DNA from: an uncultured Gammaproteobacteria bacterium
Lineage (GTDB): Bacteria; Pseudomonadota; Gammaproteobacteria; UBA6002
Assembly (NCBI GenBank): GCA_963705725.1
Contig: CAVPKM010000018.1
Span: forward strand, 1-64,000
Length of the DNA stretch: 64,000 nt
Reading direction: 5' to 3'
Below the pieces are notes generated by a model. That model did no database searches. It had not been told where the DNA came from and saw nothing but the letters and a program-made list of their open reading frames with translations. Each line of letters starts with the position of its first letter. Position 1 is the stretch's first letter. Shown here one piece after another: positions 22,400-33,921 of the stretch. The position numbers were made by a program, and so were the translations under genes.

Positions 22400-22804
22400 T
22401 TATAGAGAGTACCGCCCTACTCCGTATACCATAATGAAAATTGCTCCACCGATTATTGAAATATTTTTCATAAAATGATTCAGTTGATTCTGAAATTCAA
22501 GCGGGTCTGAATAGGTCCAAAATCGATGAAAAATAATCGTTGCAAACAAGGTGAATAGTAAAATCAACCAAGCACCCCATCTTGCCTTCAAACCTGAAAT
22601 AATCATAAAACCAGCAATTAATTCCAAAGTAATAACCAAAATTAATAGGATTCTTGGATAAGGAAGCCCAAAAGATTGCATGTAGTTAAGACTTCTTTGC
22701 GCATAAATAATTTTATTATAAATCGCGTCTTGAAAGCAGAAAACTGCAACAAACAACACACGCGCTATCACAAGAGAAATGTTTTGAATAACTTCCAAAT
22801 TCAT
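22400..22804 (-). CDS. DoxX family membrane protein
   Basis: IARVL, ELIAG..IISG..ARWGA, FHRFW, FMKNISIIGG, G.GRYSL. Confidence 0.85.
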   Translation of the reverse strand: MNLEVIQNISLVIARVLFVAVFCFQDAIYNKIIYAQRSLNYMQSFGLPYPRILLILVITLELIAGFMIISGLKARWGAWLILLFTLFATIIFHRFWTYSDPLEFQNQLNHFMKNISIIGGAIFIMVYGVGRYSL

Positions 22805-22948
22805 CCTTTCCTTATCGTAACCTTAACAAATAAAGAAATAATAAAGCGGAATATGCATATTTTCAATAAAAATATAATATCTTTATGTATTATATAGGCA
22901 TTTGCTAATTATAAGCAAACATAAGCTCGCGGGGTAACGCACAAACGT

Positions 22949-23956
22949 TCATATTATACTTTTGCAACACTTTGAAATCAGAGAAGGCCCTTGATAAATG
23001 AGTCCAGTATAAAGCTGCACTAAATCGGCGCCTGCCTTAAATTTTTCAATAGCTTGCTCGGGAGACATCACGCCTCCGCTTGCAATTAGCGAAATAGCAT
23101 GACCAGTAGTCAATCGTTTGAATTCACTGAGGACTTGAGTGGATAGCTCAAATATCGGCTCACCGCTCAATCCGCCTGTTTCAGCAGCCAATGGCTGGGC
23201 TTTAATTTTAGTACGGTCAATGGCAGTATTGGTCGCGATAATACCGTCAACATGGTGTTGAATAAAAATAGCCGCCATTTCCTCTATTTGAGCTTGATTC
23301 AAGTCAGGAGAAACTTTAACCACAATAGGGACATAGCGATTTTGGGTTTGAGACAACGCAAGTTGTCGATCTTTCAAGGCAGCAAGCAAGCTCGATAGAT
23401 AAGCGCTGCCTTGAAGATCTCGCAAACCAGTGGTATTAGGAGAGGAAATATTCACCGTGACATAGCTGGCATAGGGATGAACTTTATCATAACAGAAGCA
23501 GTAGTCGTCAATTGCATGGTCAAGCGGGGTGCTAGCATTTTTTCCGATATTAATACCAATTACGCCTAAATTATTTTGCTTCTCGAGCATCGCGACGAGA
23601 TGATCCACCCCTTTATTGTTAAAACCCATTCGGTTAATCAAAGCCTGATTTGTTTCGAGTCGAAATAGCCTCGGTTTAACATTTCCTGGCTGGGGTTTTG
23701 GAGTAACGGTTCCAATTTCAATAAATCCAAAACCGAGCTTACAGAGTGCCTTAATATAATCCCCATTTTTATCTAAACCGGCAGCAAGTCCAATAGGATT
23801 TGGGAAATCTATGCCAAATACTTTTCTTGGCAAAGGAATAGTTTTCCGGTGCAGACAACCCAGTATTTCAAGTAGCTTAATCGCTTTTAAAGAAAAATTA
23901 TGGGACAATTCAGGTTCTAACTGAAAAAGGATGGAACGAATTAGCTTATAAATCAT
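22949..23956 (-). CDS. pyrD: Quinone-dependent dihydroorotate dehydrogenase
   Basis: [52 protein letters not shown]. Confidence 0.97.
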   Translation of the reverse strand: MIYKLIRSILFQLEPELSHNFSLKAIKLLEILGCLHRKTIPLPRKVFGIDFPNPIGLAAGLDKNGDYIKALCKLGFGFIEIGTVTPKPQPGNVKPRLFRLETNQALINRMGFNNKGVDHLVAMLEKQNNLGVIGINIGKNASTPLDHAIDDYCFCYDKVHPYASYVTVNISSPNTTGLRDLQGSAYLSSLLAALKDRQLALSQTQNRYVPIVVKVSPDLNQAQIEEMAAIFIQHHVDGIIATNTAIDRTKIKAQPLAAETGGLSGEPIFELSTQVLSEFKRLTTGHAISLIASGGVMSPEQAIEKFKAGADLVQLYTGLIYQGPSLISKCCKSII

Positions 23957-24005
23957 TAATACTCACTCTTCACAACAGACGATTAGAATACGAAGGATCG
24001 ACCCA

Positions 24006-25166
24006 ATGTTACAAGGATTAACTATTCAACAAGATGAAACCACACACCTCTTACGAGAAGCAATCCAAAATTTTGTCCAAAGTGAAATCACACCCATTGC
24101 AAGTAATATTGATCAAGAAAACACCTTTCCAAGACATTTGTGGCCAAAACTGGGCAGCTTAGGCTTATTGGGTATAACTGTTGAAGAAGCATTCGGTGGC
24201 TCCGGCATGGGTTATTTGCAACATGTCATTGCCATGGAAGAAATTAGTCGTGGCTCGGGGGCAATTGGACTGAGCTATGGAGCACATTCAAATCTCTGCG
24301 TGAATCAAATTCGACGATTTGCCACTCCAAAACAGAAGCAATGTTACCTACCAAAACTTTGTAGCGGCGAATATGTGGGAGCCCTTGCCATGAGCGAAAC
24401 TGGCTCCGGCTCAGATGTAGTCAGCATGCAACTACGTGCAAATAAACGGGGTTCTCACTATGTGCTAAATGGGACTAAAATGTGGGTGACTAATGGCCCG
24501 GATGCCGATGTGTTAGTTGTTTATGCTAAAACTGATCCTGACGCAAAATCTCATGGAATTACCGCCTTCGTCATTGAACGATCTTTTAAAGGGTTCGCGA
24601 CTGCACAAAAATTAGATAAATTAGGCATGCGCGGTTCAAATACCTGCGAACTCGTTTTTGAAGACTGCGAAGTGCCAGAAGAAAATATACTAGGCGAGCT
24701 CAATGATGGGATAAATGTATTAATGAGCGGACTGGATTATGAAAGAGTGGTGTTGGCAGGCGGGCCTTTAGGCTTAATGCAAAATGCACTAGATATTGTT
24801 CTACCCTATATTCATGAACGAAAACAATTTGGAAAAGCTATTGGGAAATTTGAACTGATTCAAGCAAAAATTGCGGATATGTATTGCACATTAAGCGCAT
24901 GCCGTGCCTACGTTTATGCCGTTGCAAACGCTTGTGATCAAGAAAAAATTACCCGACAAGACGCGGCAGGCGCCATTCTTTACACTGCAGAAAAAGCCAC
25001 CCAGGTAGCATTAGAGGCGATCCAATGTTTAGGGGGAAATGGATATATCAACGACTATCCAACAGGAAGGTTGTTGCGCGATGCCAAACTTTATGAAATC
25101 GGTGCAGGAACCTCAGAAATTCGGCGCATTCTAATTGGTAGAGAATTATTCAGTCAACATGAGTAA
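24006..25166 (+). CDS. liuA: Isovaleryl-CoA dehydrogenase
   Basis: [51 protein letters not shown]. Confidence 0.93.
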   Translation: MLQGLTIQQDETTHLLREAIQNFVQSEITPIASNIDQENTFPRHLWPKLGSLGLLGITVEEAFGGSGMGYLQHVIAMEEISRGSGAIGLSYGAHSNLCVNQIRRFATPKQKQCYLPKLCSGEYVGALAMSETGSGSDVVSMQLRANKRGSHYVLNGTKMWVTNGPDADVLVVYAKTDPDAKSHGITAFVIERSFKGFATAQKLDKLGMRGSNTCELVFEDCEVPEENILGELNDGINVLMSGLDYERVVLAGGPLGLMQNALDIVLPYIHERKQFGKAIGKFELIQAKIADMYCTLSACRAYVYAVANACDQEKITRQDAAGAILYTAEKATQVALEAIQCLGGNGYINDYPTGRLLRDAKLYEIGAGTSEIRRILIGRELFSQHE

Positions 25167-25185
25167 CGACAACTAGGGGAAGAGA

Positions 25186-26379
25186 ATGTCAGAAATCGTT
25201 TATATTACAAGTGCTACTCGAACGCCAATTGGTCATTTTCAAGGTAAATTAAAAAATTTTTCCGCTACAGACTTGGGTGCGATAGCGATAAAATCTGCAA
25301 TTTTGCAAGCTAACTTATCTTATCAAGACCCGGATAGTGTCGTAATGGGTTGTGTTTTATCTGCTGGATTAGGGCAGGCTCCTGCCAGACAAGCGGCAAT
25401 CCAGGCTGGCCTGCCAGCTAGTATAGATTGCACCACCATCAATAAAATGTGTGGTTCAGGAATGAAGGCCATCATGCTAGGCCACGACTTATTACAACAG
25501 CAGGAAGCGCGCATCATCATCGCAGGAGGCATGGAAAGCATGACCAATGCGCCATACCTCTTGCCAAAAGCAAGAGCGGGTTATCGTCTTGGCCATCAAC
25601 AAGTCATCGACCATATGTTTTATGATGGTTTAGAAGACGCTTATGAAAATGGCGTATTAATGGGAGTTTTTGCTGACCGCTGCGCTGTTCAAGAAGCAAT
25701 CAGTCGGGAAGAACAGGATAACTTTGCACTCGCTTCCTATGAACGAGCAAGGCTTGCGGTTAAACATGGACGCTTTACTCAAGAAATTACCCAGGTAGAA
25801 CACAACACAGGAAAAAATCTAGAATGGATTAAAGAAGATGAAGGACCTTCACAAGCCAAGCCTGAAAAAATTCCCTTGCTTCGCCCCGCATTCACTAAAG
25901 ATGGGACGGTCACAGCAGCAAGCTCAAGTTCAATCTCAGATGGTGCAGCAGCTGTCACATTAATGACACTCCCTACTGCGATGAAGCATCATCTTCAGCC
26001 CTTAGCCAAAATTGTTTCTCATTCCACACATTCACAAGCGCCTGATTTATTTACTACAGCACCGGTATTTGCCATTAAAAAATTACTCAAAAAAATTAAT
26101 TGGCGAGCAGAAGAAGTAGACTTATGGGAAATTAATGAAGCTTTTGCGGTCGTCGTGTTGAATGCCATCCATTCTCTTAATCTTTCACCGAAAAAAGTCA
26201 ACATCAATGGAGGAGCATGTGTACTCGGACATCCTATCGGCGCTTCTGGCGCACGTATTGTTGTCACCCTTGCTCATGCCTTACAACAGCAGAATTTAAA
26301 ACGCGGCATTGCAGCACTTTGCATAGGTGGCGGCGAAGCAACAGCGATTGCAATCGAACGAAACGAATTTACCAAATGA
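25186..26379 (+). CDS. Thiolase (acetyl-CoA C-acyltransferase)
   Basis: [36 protein letters not shown]. Confidence 0.93.
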   Translation: MSEIVYITSATRTPIGHFQGKLKNFSATDLGAIAIKSAILQANLSYQDPDSVVMGCVLSAGLGQAPARQAAIQAGLPASIDCTTINKMCGSGMKAIMLGHDLLQQQEARIIIAGGMESMTNAPYLLPKARAGYRLGHQQVIDHMFYDGLEDAYENGVLMGVFADRCAVQEAISREEQDNFALASYERARLAVKHGRFTQEITQVEHNTGKNLEWIKEDEGPSQAKPEKIPLLRPAFTKDGTVTAASSSSISDGAAAVTLMTLPTAMKHHLQPLAKIVSHSTHSQAPDLFTTAPVFAIKKLLKKINWRAEEVDLWEINEAFAVVVLNAIHSLNLSPKKVNINGGACVLGHPIGASGARIVVTLAHALQQQNLKRGIAALCIGGGEATAIAIERNEFTK

Positions 26380-26386
26380 AAATACT

Positions 26387-27994
26387 ATGTCAAAAATAAA
26401 TTCAGAAATTAATTCTAAGAGTTCCGCCTTCAAGCAAAATTATCAAGAAATGTCTAAAAATGTAAAAGAATTAAAAACTATTATTGAGATGATTCAGCAA
26501 GGAGGCGAGATAAAAGCTAAACAACACCACTTAGAACAAGGAAAACTCTTAGCACGAGACCGTATCGACTACCTTCTTGATAGCGGTTCTCCTTTTTTAG
26601 AAATCGCCATGTTAGCTGGCTATCAACTTTATGAGAAAGAAGCGGTTCCTGCTGGTGGTATTATTACTGGTATTGGCCGAATTGCTGGACAAGAGTGCAT
26701 GATTTTCGCCAATGATGCGACTGTCAAAGGCGGAACGTATTATCCCATTACAGTAAAGAAGCACTTGCGGGCACAAGAAATAGCGAGAGAAAATCACTTG
26801 CCTTGCATTTATTTAGTCGATTCAGGAGGCGCCTTTCTGCCTAAACAAGATGAGGTATTTCCAGATAAAGAACATTTTGGACGAATTTTTTTTAATCAAG
26901 CTACGCTATCTGCAGAAAATATTCCGCAAATTGCCATTGTCATGGGATCGTGTACAGCAGGCGGCGCTTATGTGCCTGCAATGGCAGATGAATCTATAAT
27001 GGTAAAAAATCAAGCAACGATTTTTCTTGGAGGGCCACCCCTCGTTAAAGCTGCAACAGGCGAATCTGTCAGCGCGGAAGAATTAGGCGGAGCTGAAGTT
27101 CATTGCCAGCTATCAGGCGTGGCGGATCACTATGCGATGGATGATAAACATGCCTTATCCATTGCACGAAATATTGTCAAAAATTTAAACCGAACCCCCC
27201 CTCTTTTTCAGACAAAAACTTACTCAGAGCCGGTATATGATGTAAAAGAAATGTATGGGATTATTCCGGCTGATACGAGAAAATCTTTTGATGTCAGAGA
27301 AATTATTGCACGCGTGGTAGATGAATCACTTTTTGATGAATTCAAAATGCTTTATGGCCCTACCCTGGTCTGTGGTTTTGCGCATATTTTTGGGTATCTG
27401 GTGGGAATCATTGCAAATAATGGCATTTTATTTTCCGAATCTGCATTAAAGGGTACACACTTTATTGAGCTATGTAATCAGCGTGGCATTCCACTTGTCT
27501 TTTTACAAAATATCACCGGCTTTATGGTGGGAAAAAAATATGAAACTCAAGGTATTGCAAAACATGGTGCGAAGTTAGTCACAGCTGTCGCCTGTTCTCG
27601 TGTTCCAAAGTTTACTCTTATTATTGGCGGAAGCTTTGGTGCGGGTAATTATGCCATGTGTGGTCGAGCATATGATCCTCGTTTTCTTTGGATGTGGCCC
27701 AACGCAAGAATTTCAGTGATGGGCGGCGAACAAGCTGCCCAGGTTTTATCACAAGTTCGCCAAGAAAAAAATGAAAGGCAAAATAAAATTTGGAGTGACG
27801 AAGAAAAAACTGCTTTTATAGATAAAATAAAAAGTCAATATGAGCAACAAGGAAATGCTTATTACGCAGGTGCAAGATTATGGAACGATGGGATTATTGA
27901 TCCTTTAGATACCAGAAGGGTACTCGGTCTTTGCATTTCTGCCTCACTCAATGCACCGATTTCGCAAACGACTTATGGTATTTTTCGAATGTAA
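26387..27994 (+). CDS. liuB: Methylcrotonyl-CoA carboxylase, carboxyltransferase subunit
   Basis: [45 protein letters not shown]; ATG at 26387 preferred. Confidence 0.92.
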   Translation: MSKINSEINSKSSAFKQNYQEMSKNVKELKTIIEMIQQGGEIKAKQHHLEQGKLLARDRIDYLLDSGSPFLEIAMLAGYQLYEKEAVPAGGIITGIGRIAGQECMIFANDATVKGGTYYPITVKKHLRAQEIARENHLPCIYLVDSGGAFLPKQDEVFPDKEHFGRIFFNQATLSAENIPQIAIVMGSCTAGGAYVPAMADESIMVKNQATIFLGGPPLVKAATGESVSAEELGGAEVHCQLSGVADHYAMDDKHALSIARNIVKNLNRTPPLFQTKTYSEPVYDVKEMYGIIPADTRKSFDVREIIARVVDESLFDEFKMLYGPTLVCGFAHIFGYLVGIIANNGILFSESALKGTHFIELCNQRGIPLVFLQNITGFMVGKKYETQGIAKHGAKLVTAVACSRVPKFTLIIGGSFGAGNYAMCGRAYDPRFLWMWPNARISVMGGEQAAQVLSQVRQEKNERQNKIWSDEEKTAFIDKIKSQYEQQGNAYYAGARLWNDGIIDPLDTRRVLGLCISASLNAPISQTTYGIFRM

Positions 27995-28006
27995 TAAGAG
28001 TTGAAA

Positions 28007-28777
28007 ATGGAAAATAATTTCATTCTTTGTGATATCAAAAAAAACGGGGTTGCGACATTAACGTTGAACCGATTAGACTGCCATAATGCATTTAATGAAG
28101 TCGTCATTCAATTATTAAACGACAAACTTATGCAACTTGAAAATAATTCTCAAGTAAAAATTTTAATGCTCACTGCAAATGGAAAAAATTTTTCCGCAGG
28201 TGCCGATTTAACCTGGATGAAAAAAATGATCCAGTATTCAGAGGAAGAAAACGAGCTTGACGCACTAGCACTCGCAACCATGTTCAAGCGATTATTTAAT
28301 TTTTCTAAGCCGACAATTTGTATCGTAAAAGGTAAGACAATGGGTGGCGGAATTGGTTTGCCTGCTTGCTGCGATATTGTGATTGCCGAGGAAAAAGCTA
28401 CATTTTGTTTTACCGAAGCCAAATTGGGATTGATCCCCGCTACAATTGCACCTTACATTATTCATGCTATTGGACCTCGAGCAGCAAAATTTTATTTTTT
28501 AACCACCAATTTTTTTTCAGCCTTTGAGGCAAAAGAAATGGGCTTGGTGCATGAAATTGTTCCTGACGTGAATTTAGAACTAAAAAGCCAGGAAGTGGTT
28601 ATGCAGTTACTCAAAAATGGTCAGCATGCCTTACAAAATATAAAAAAAGTTTTCACAAAGTTTTTTGACTTTGATAATGAAGCATTAAAGGAAACAGCGA
28701 AGCTGATCGCTAAAATACGCTGTTCAGATGAAGCTCAACAACGACTTGCAGAGTTTTTAGATAAACGCAATAACTGA
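28007..28777 (+). CDS. liuC: Enoyl-CoA hydratase family, probable methylglutaconyl-CoA hydratase
   Basis: HNAFN, FSAGADL.WM, GGGIGL, EAKLGLIPATIAPY; position between mcc subunits. Confidence 0.82.
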   Translation: MENNFILCDIKKNGVATLTLNRLDCHNAFNEVVIQLLNDKLMQLENNSQVKILMLTANGKNFSAGADLTWMKKMIQYSEEENELDALALATMFKRLFNFSKPTICIVKGKTMGGGIGLPACCDIVIAEEKATFCFTEAKLGLIPATIAPYIIHAIGPRAAKFYFLTTNFFSAFEAKEMGLVHEIVPDVNLELKSQEVVMQLLKNGQHALQNIKKVFTKFFDFDNEALKETAKLIAKIRCSDEAQQRLAEFLDKRNN

Positions 28778-28872
28778 AGTCATCAGACTTGTTAAAGTGG
28801 AGAAAACGTTCAGACGTCGTCACGCGGCTTGTCCGTGCTAAATGGTTTAACTGAATCTGATTTCGCTAATAA

Positions 28873-30849
28873 ATGGAAAAATACATGCCATTGTTTAATA
28901 AAATCCTAATTGCCAATCGCGGAGAAATTGCTTGTCGTATCATGCGCACAGCAAAAAAAATGGGCATCAAGACCGTGGCGATTTTTTCTGAAGCAGATAA
29001 GCATTCCCTCGCCGTAAAAATGTCGGAGGAAGCTTTTTTAATTGGTGGACAAAAAAGCACTGAAAGTTATTTGCAAATCGACACTATTATTAATTTAGCC
29101 AAAGCGACAAACGTCGATGCAATTCATCCCGGTTATGGCTTTCTTTCTGAAAATAGTCATTTTGCAGAAGCTTGTGAGGCAGAAAATATTGTTTTTATCG
29201 GTCCTTCAGCTAAAGCTATTCAAGCGATGGCAAATAAAAATTTAGCAAAATCGATCATGGCTGAGCATGGTGTGCCTGTATTACCAGGTTACTATGATAA
29301 AAATAATGATTTAGCTCTCATCCAAAAAGCAGCGAAAGAAATAGGTTATCCCATCGTTTTAAAAGCATTAGCAGGTGGTGGCGGCAAGGGTTTACGAGTG
29401 GTTCATTCCGAAAATAATTTTGAAGAAGCTTATTATGCCGTAAGACGAGAAGCAAAAGCATTTTTTAATGATGACCAAGTCCTGGTTGAAAAATATCTTG
29501 AGAATGCAAGACATATTGAAGTGCAAATTTTATGTGATCATTTTGGCCATCAACAATATTTATTCACTCGTGATTGTTCAATTCAGCGAAGACATCAAAA
29601 AATAGTAGAAGAGGCACCAGCAACAAATATTTCTGGTCCATTACAAAAGCAATTACAAGCAACTGCATTTACTGCGGCAAGCGCAATTAATTATACTAAT
29701 GCAGGCACAATTGAGTTTCTCATTGAAAATGAAAAATTTTATTTTTTAGAAATGAATACTCGTTTGCAAGTTGAACATCCAGTTACCGAAATGATCACTG
29801 ATCTTGACTTGGTTGAATGGCAAATACGCATTGCTTCTGGTGAAAAAATTTTTTCAAAACCTAAAGCAGCAAGTGGCCATGCAATAGAAATACGTTTAAA
29901 TGCGGAAGACCCGGAACATGATTTCCTGCCTTCTTCTGGCTTATTGCAATATTTTCATTTTGCTGATGAAGATAAAAATTTACGAATTGATAGTGGCTAT
30001 CGAGAAGGAGACAATATAAATATATTTTATGATTCATTACTTGCAAAAATCATAGTTTGGAAAGAAAGTCGGCAACAAGCTATAGTATGTTTATCACAAG
30101 CTCTGAGTCAAACCTATATTTTAGGCATAAAAACTAATCTCACATTGTTAAAAGCTATTTTAAATAATGAAGATTTTAAACTAGCTGCTTTCAATACAAA
30201 TTTTTTGCAAATCAAGAAACTTACCAATTCACCTACACTGGAAAGATCGATCTCGAGTATCGCTGGTTTATTTTTATATTCAAAACAAAATATGGAAACA
30301 AAAAATAATCCTTGGCAATGGAACGATGGTTGGAGACTTTATGGTAATTCTTTTTTTAAGATAGCCTTATCCTACAATAAAATATTTAAAACTTTACTAA
30401 TTCGAAAACAAGAAAATAATTTTATTGTTCAAGATCAAGATTATTGTTTTTATTACCAATCTATTAGTCTCATTGAACAAAAAAATAATATTTATCAATT
30501 TAATTTTATTCTGGATAATCAGTATTTTGAAGCGATGATTTTTGAATCCTCTGCAACTTTAGACTTAATTGTGAACGGCGAGCAGTATACGATAGATAAA
30601 GAAATCAAGCTTCACCTCTCTTTTGATCAAGGTGATCGCGTAGAACTGATCGCTCCCATGCCAGGAACCTTAGTCGCCTTATTGGTTGATTCTGGGCAGA
30701 AAGTTAGCAAAGGCGATAAGCTATTAGTGATTGAAGCCATGAAAATGGAACATGCACTTTATGCACCCGCTGATGGTACAGTAAAACAATGTTATTACCA
30801 GGTTGGTGAATTAGTGAAAGAAGGTGATGAATTAATTCAATTCGAGTAA
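28873..30849 (+). CDS. liuD: Methylcrotonyl-CoA carboxylase, biotin carboxylase/biotin carrier subunit
   Basis: ILIANRGEIACR, HPGYGFLSEN, CSIQRRHQK, EMNTRLQVEHPVTE, EAMKME biotin site. Confidence 0.92.
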   Translation: MEKYMPLFNKILIANRGEIACRIMRTAKKMGIKTVAIFSEADKHSLAVKMSEEAFLIGGQKSTESYLQIDTIINLAKATNVDAIHPGYGFLSENSHFAEACEAENIVFIGPSAKAIQAMANKNLAKSIMAEHGVPVLPGYYDKNNDLALIQKAAKEIGYPIVLKALAGGGGKGLRVVHSENNFEEAYYAVRREAKAFFNDDQVLVEKYLENARHIEVQILCDHFGHQQYLFTRDCSIQRRHQKIVEEAPATNISGPLQKQLQATAFTAASAINYTNAGTIEFLIENEKFYFLEMNTRLQVEHPVTEMITDLDLVEWQIRIASGEKIFSKPKAASGHAIEIRLNAEDPEHDFLPSSGLLQYFHFADEDKNLRIDSGYREGDNINIFYDSLLAKIIVWKESRQQAIVCLSQALSQTYILGIKTNLTLLKAILNNEDFKLAAFNTNFLQIKKLTNSPTLERSISSIAGLFLYSKQNMETKNNPWQWNDGWRLYGNSFFKIALSYNKIFKTLLIRKQENNFIVQDQDYCFYYQSISLIEQKNNIYQFNFILDNQYFEAMIFESSATLDLIVNGEQYTIDKEIKLHLSFDQGDRVELIAPMPGTLVALLVDSGQKVSKGDKLLVIEAMKMEHALYAPADGTVKQCYYQVGELVKEGDELIQFE

Positions 30850-30906
30850 TATCTCGTATATAGGTATAAATAAATTACAAAGTATGTTATAATTCATTAA
30901 AATATA

Positions 30907-31959
30907 GTGAAAGGTCTAATCATGTTTCTATCCACTTATGCACGCTTATTTATTGGCTTTAATGAAACTTTTAGCTCTCAAATCACGCATTATGCGAGAC
31001 AAACGAGATCTAAGCAAACAGCTATATTGCCGATCACCATACTTTCCTCTGAACAAGTGAATCAGTCCCTTTCTCATCCTCAAAATCAATCTTTAAAGGA
31101 TTTCATTGGCACAGCTTATGCCGATTCAATTCGAGCCGATAGAATGATTATTAAAGGACAAGAAAGTTTAAATGAACAAAAGATCTTCATCGAAGAAGCA
31201 CTTGAAAACTTAGAAACCAAAAAAAAGTTTGCCTCTCCTGCAACTAAAGCCAGCATTGAAAGCACAAAAAAAACACTTAATGATCAATATAAGTTATTGA
31301 CGAATATCAAAAATGCACAAGAACATGGCTATAGTCAATTAAAAGGTTTAGGGCAAGAATTTAAAGATTTAAGCACAAAACAGGATGCAGAATGGTCTAC
31401 CTATCGTGACTCAATGCTTAAAAAATTAGAGAATACATTGGAAACTGTTCTGGAAACGGTTGGCCTCCCCTCCCTGCCTCAAGGCGAAATCGACAATCTT
31501 CTTCGCCAAGATCTCCAAGATGTGTTAGACCGTTTTGAAGATTTAGGGGCAAGTAAGGATCTCCCTCAAGAAGAATTATCCAAATTGCTAGGAATCAAAA
31601 AACCTGACTTAGATACTTATTTTAAAATGAAGGCTTATTTAGCAATACGATCAGTTTATCCATCTCGTGAAAATATATCCCAACACATGAAAAAATTAGA
31701 TCATTTTTTCAACGAGGCGAAAGATGAAGGAAGAAAAATTTTACACCAGCACGAATCTGAGATAAAAGCATTGGATAGCAAAGTCCAACCTATCGTCAAA
31801 GTCGCTGAATCCAATAATCGCACTCTAGATCAACTCAAATTTGGCAGAGAGCAGCTCGTCATGTCGGTTGCAAGCCTTGCGGATCTTGAAGCAATTCGCG
31901 AAAAAACCCAGCAAAGAATTACTACTGTTACGCCAGAACGAACACACTTCCAACGATAG
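30907..31959 (+). CDS. Hypothetical helical/coiled-coil protein
   Basis: 350-aa ORF rich in K/E/Q/L, no recognisable motif. Confidence 0.7.
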   Translation: MKGLIMFLSTYARLFIGFNETFSSQITHYARQTRSKQTAILPITILSSEQVNQSLSHPQNQSLKDFIGTAYADSIRADRMIIKGQESLNEQKIFIEEALENLETKKKFASPATKASIESTKKTLNDQYKLLTNIKNAQEHGYSQLKGLGQEFKDLSTKQDAEWSTYRDSMLKKLENTLETVLETVGLPSLPQGEIDNLLRQDLQDVLDRFEDLGASKDLPQEELSKLLGIKKPDLDTYFKMKAYLAIRSVYPSRENISQHMKKLDHFFNEAKDEGRKILHQHESEIKALDSKVQPIVKVAESNNRTLDQLKFGREQLVMSVASLADLEAIREKTQQRITTVTPERTHFQR

Positions 31960-32076
31960 TTCTACGCGACTTTTTGCTCTAGCCGCTTTTTAACCATCCA
32001 ACACCTTAAAATTGGTCTATCCTTATTTAATTAGCAGTGAATTTCACTGGAAAAATTAATTAACTAGGACATTTTT

Positions 32077-32994
32077 ATGGCAAAAGGATACTTGGCAACA
32101 CATAACAGGGTTAAATCTCAAGAAGAAATTGATGACATCTGGAAGTATTTAGCAACAGAAAGTTTTCAGCATATGCCAATTAAAACTCCAGAAGAGATTG
32201 AGAAATTAAAAACGGTGGGAGGAATTTGTGCGCGCATTCTTGAAGAAATTTCACCACTCATTATACCTGGCGTAACAAAAAAACAACTTAATCTACGAGT
32301 CTACGAAAAAATTTGCAATAAATATCATGCAGAAGTAGATCGCCTTGCAAGCGATGCACAGCATGATGCGGCTCATCATATCTCTGCTTGCTTTGGTCAC
32401 AATGATATTATTATGAATGCCGTTCCTGATGATGAAAAACTTCAAACAGGAGATATTTTCGGCATTGATATTAGCTTGAAAAAAGATGGCTGGTGTGGAG
32501 ATACACGAAAGACTTGGATCGTCGGCAGTGAATCTTCACCGATGATTAAACGCCTTTTTGCTATTAGTCATCAAGCGATGTGGTTGGCAATAAGCATGAT
32601 AAGACCAGGTGCTAAACTGAGTGATATCGGTAATGCAGTTGAAAGATTTGTTAAAAAAAATGGGTTATCGGTATTAAAATTACCGGTTACCTCTGGTCAT
32701 TCTATCGGAAAGGGCCATATGGATGGTTGGTTAATCCCGCTTTATAATTCTCCCGTAAATGAAGGAAGGGTGCTCGAAAAAGGCATGGTGTTCTCTATCG
32801 AACCTTTTATTAGTGCCGGATCAGGTGAAGCCTGTATTTTGAATAATGCAGTAGGTTCTGGCGTAACTAAAGATGGTGCTCCTGCTAGCTATTGGGAACA
32901 TATTGTTGCAGTGACTGAAAATGGATGTGAAATTTTAGATCTGCGCGCTGACGAAGATCCTAATTGGGCAGCACAGGCTGCTAAGTATCAATAA
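32077..32994 (+). CDS. Type I methionine aminopeptidase-like protein (divergent paralog)
   Basis: IKTPEEIE, GIDISL, WCGDT, SGHSIG, FSIEPF, WEH metal ligands; H79-equivalent is Asn. Confidence 0.85.
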   Translation: MAKGYLATHNRVKSQEEIDDIWKYLATESFQHMPIKTPEEIEKLKTVGGICARILEEISPLIIPGVTKKQLNLRVYEKICNKYHAEVDRLASDAQHDAAHHISACFGHNDIIMNAVPDDEKLQTGDIFGIDISLKKDGWCGDTRKTWIVGSESSPMIKRLFAISHQAMWLAISMIRPGAKLSDIGNAVERFVKKNGLSVLKLPVTSGHSIGKGHMDGWLIPLYNSPVNEGRVLEKGMVFSIEPFISAGSGEACILNNAVGSGVTKDGAPASYWEHIVAVTENGCEILDLRADEDPNWAAQAAKYQ

Positions 32995-33032
32995 TTTCCA
33001 TTTAATCTCCTATTCAAAATTTATTCTCAATA

Positions 33033-33075
33033 TGTATAATAGACTTGACAAATAAAATGTGAAGTCTATTATACA
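33033..33075 (+). promoter_or_regulatory. Sigma70-like promoter overlapped by a perfect 14-bp inverted repeat (probable operator)
   Basis: TGTATAATAGACTT (33033-33046) / AAGTCTATTATACA (33062-33075) spans TTGACA-N16-TATTAT upstream of the XRE gene. Confidence 0.8.
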
Positions 33076-33093
33076 CTACGAGTTTTTGAAGGA

Positions 33094-33324
33094 GTGATCG
33101 TGCCACGAATAGAAAATAATCTCATCATAAAAAATTATATTCAAAATTTGCGTTTAGCTAAAAAATTAACTCAAGAGGATTTAGCAAACGCCGTTCATGT
33201 AACTCGTGCTACGATTATTGCTCTCGAAAAAGGCAATTATAACCCTTCGCTCGAACTTGCTTTTCGCATTGCTCGCTTTTTCAAAACCGATATACAAAAA
33301 ATATTTTTTATTAAAGGAAATTAG
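33094..33324 (+). CDS. XRE/Cro-family helix-turn-helix regulator
   Basis: [33 protein letters not shown]. Confidence 0.92.
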   Translation: MIVPRIENNLIIKNYIQNLRLAKKLTQEDLANAVHVTRATIIALEKGNYNPSLELAFRIARFFKTDIQKIFFIKGN

Positions 33325-33325
33325 G

Positions 33326-33904
33326 ATGAACAAAATTGTACGATATATTCAAAGTTATTTAATTTTTGGCTTTCCATTTATGATTGCCGGCATTTTTTGG
33401 AATAATTCGACGCAAAAACATTTCTTTATTCAATTAATTCAAGAAATAGTTTCTTTAAATTTAATATTATGGTTTACAGCGCTTACATTTTTTTTAATTT
33501 TATTAGTACTCGCTCCCACTGCCCGCGAACTCACACTGCGACGCTTAGCTAACATTCAAGAGAGAGATGAACGAGAAGAATATATTACCGGAAAGGCTTC
33601 CCGTGTTACTTATATTTCTACGCTCAGTCTTTTAATTTTGTTGTTTTTTAACTCTATTATTTCCCTGAATATTACGAAACTGCCAGATAACCAAGCAATT
33701 AATGGCAAGCAGCATGCACTTAATTTAAATCTTGGTTTTAATTTACTTGAAAAGCAAGCTGAAAAAAGCAAACCGCAAGAAGCATTCATTTTATTTAATT
33801 CAACTGATATATCACTTTCTAAACCATTAACTCTACTTATTTTAATAGGATGGCAGTTAATCGTTTTCAACTATATTTCTCGAAGAGAAAAAATTCGGAT
33901 GTGA
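33326..33904 (+). CDS. Membrane protein with DERE motif (DUF2178-like), operonic with XRE regulator
   Basis: Four hydrophobic segments, ERDEREEYITGKA; ATG 1 nt after the regulator stop. Confidence 0.7.
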   Translation: MNKIVRYIQSYLIFGFPFMIAGIFWNNSTQKHFFIQLIQEIVSLNLILWFTALTFFLILLVLAPTARELTLRRLANIQERDEREEYITGKASRVTYISTLSLLILLFFNSIISLNITKLPDNQAINGKQHALNLNLGFNLLEKQAEKSKPQEAFILFNSTDISLSKPLTLLILIGWQLIVFNYISRREKIRM

Positions 33905-33921
33905 AATAGAAATTTGATGAC

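Noticed and set aside
28815-28837. GTCGTCACGCGGCTTGTCCGTG, reminiscent of Rickettsia/Legionella short palindromic repeats or a LiuR box
   Set aside because: Single degenerate copy, incomplete hairpin, and wrong ACGT spacing for LiuR
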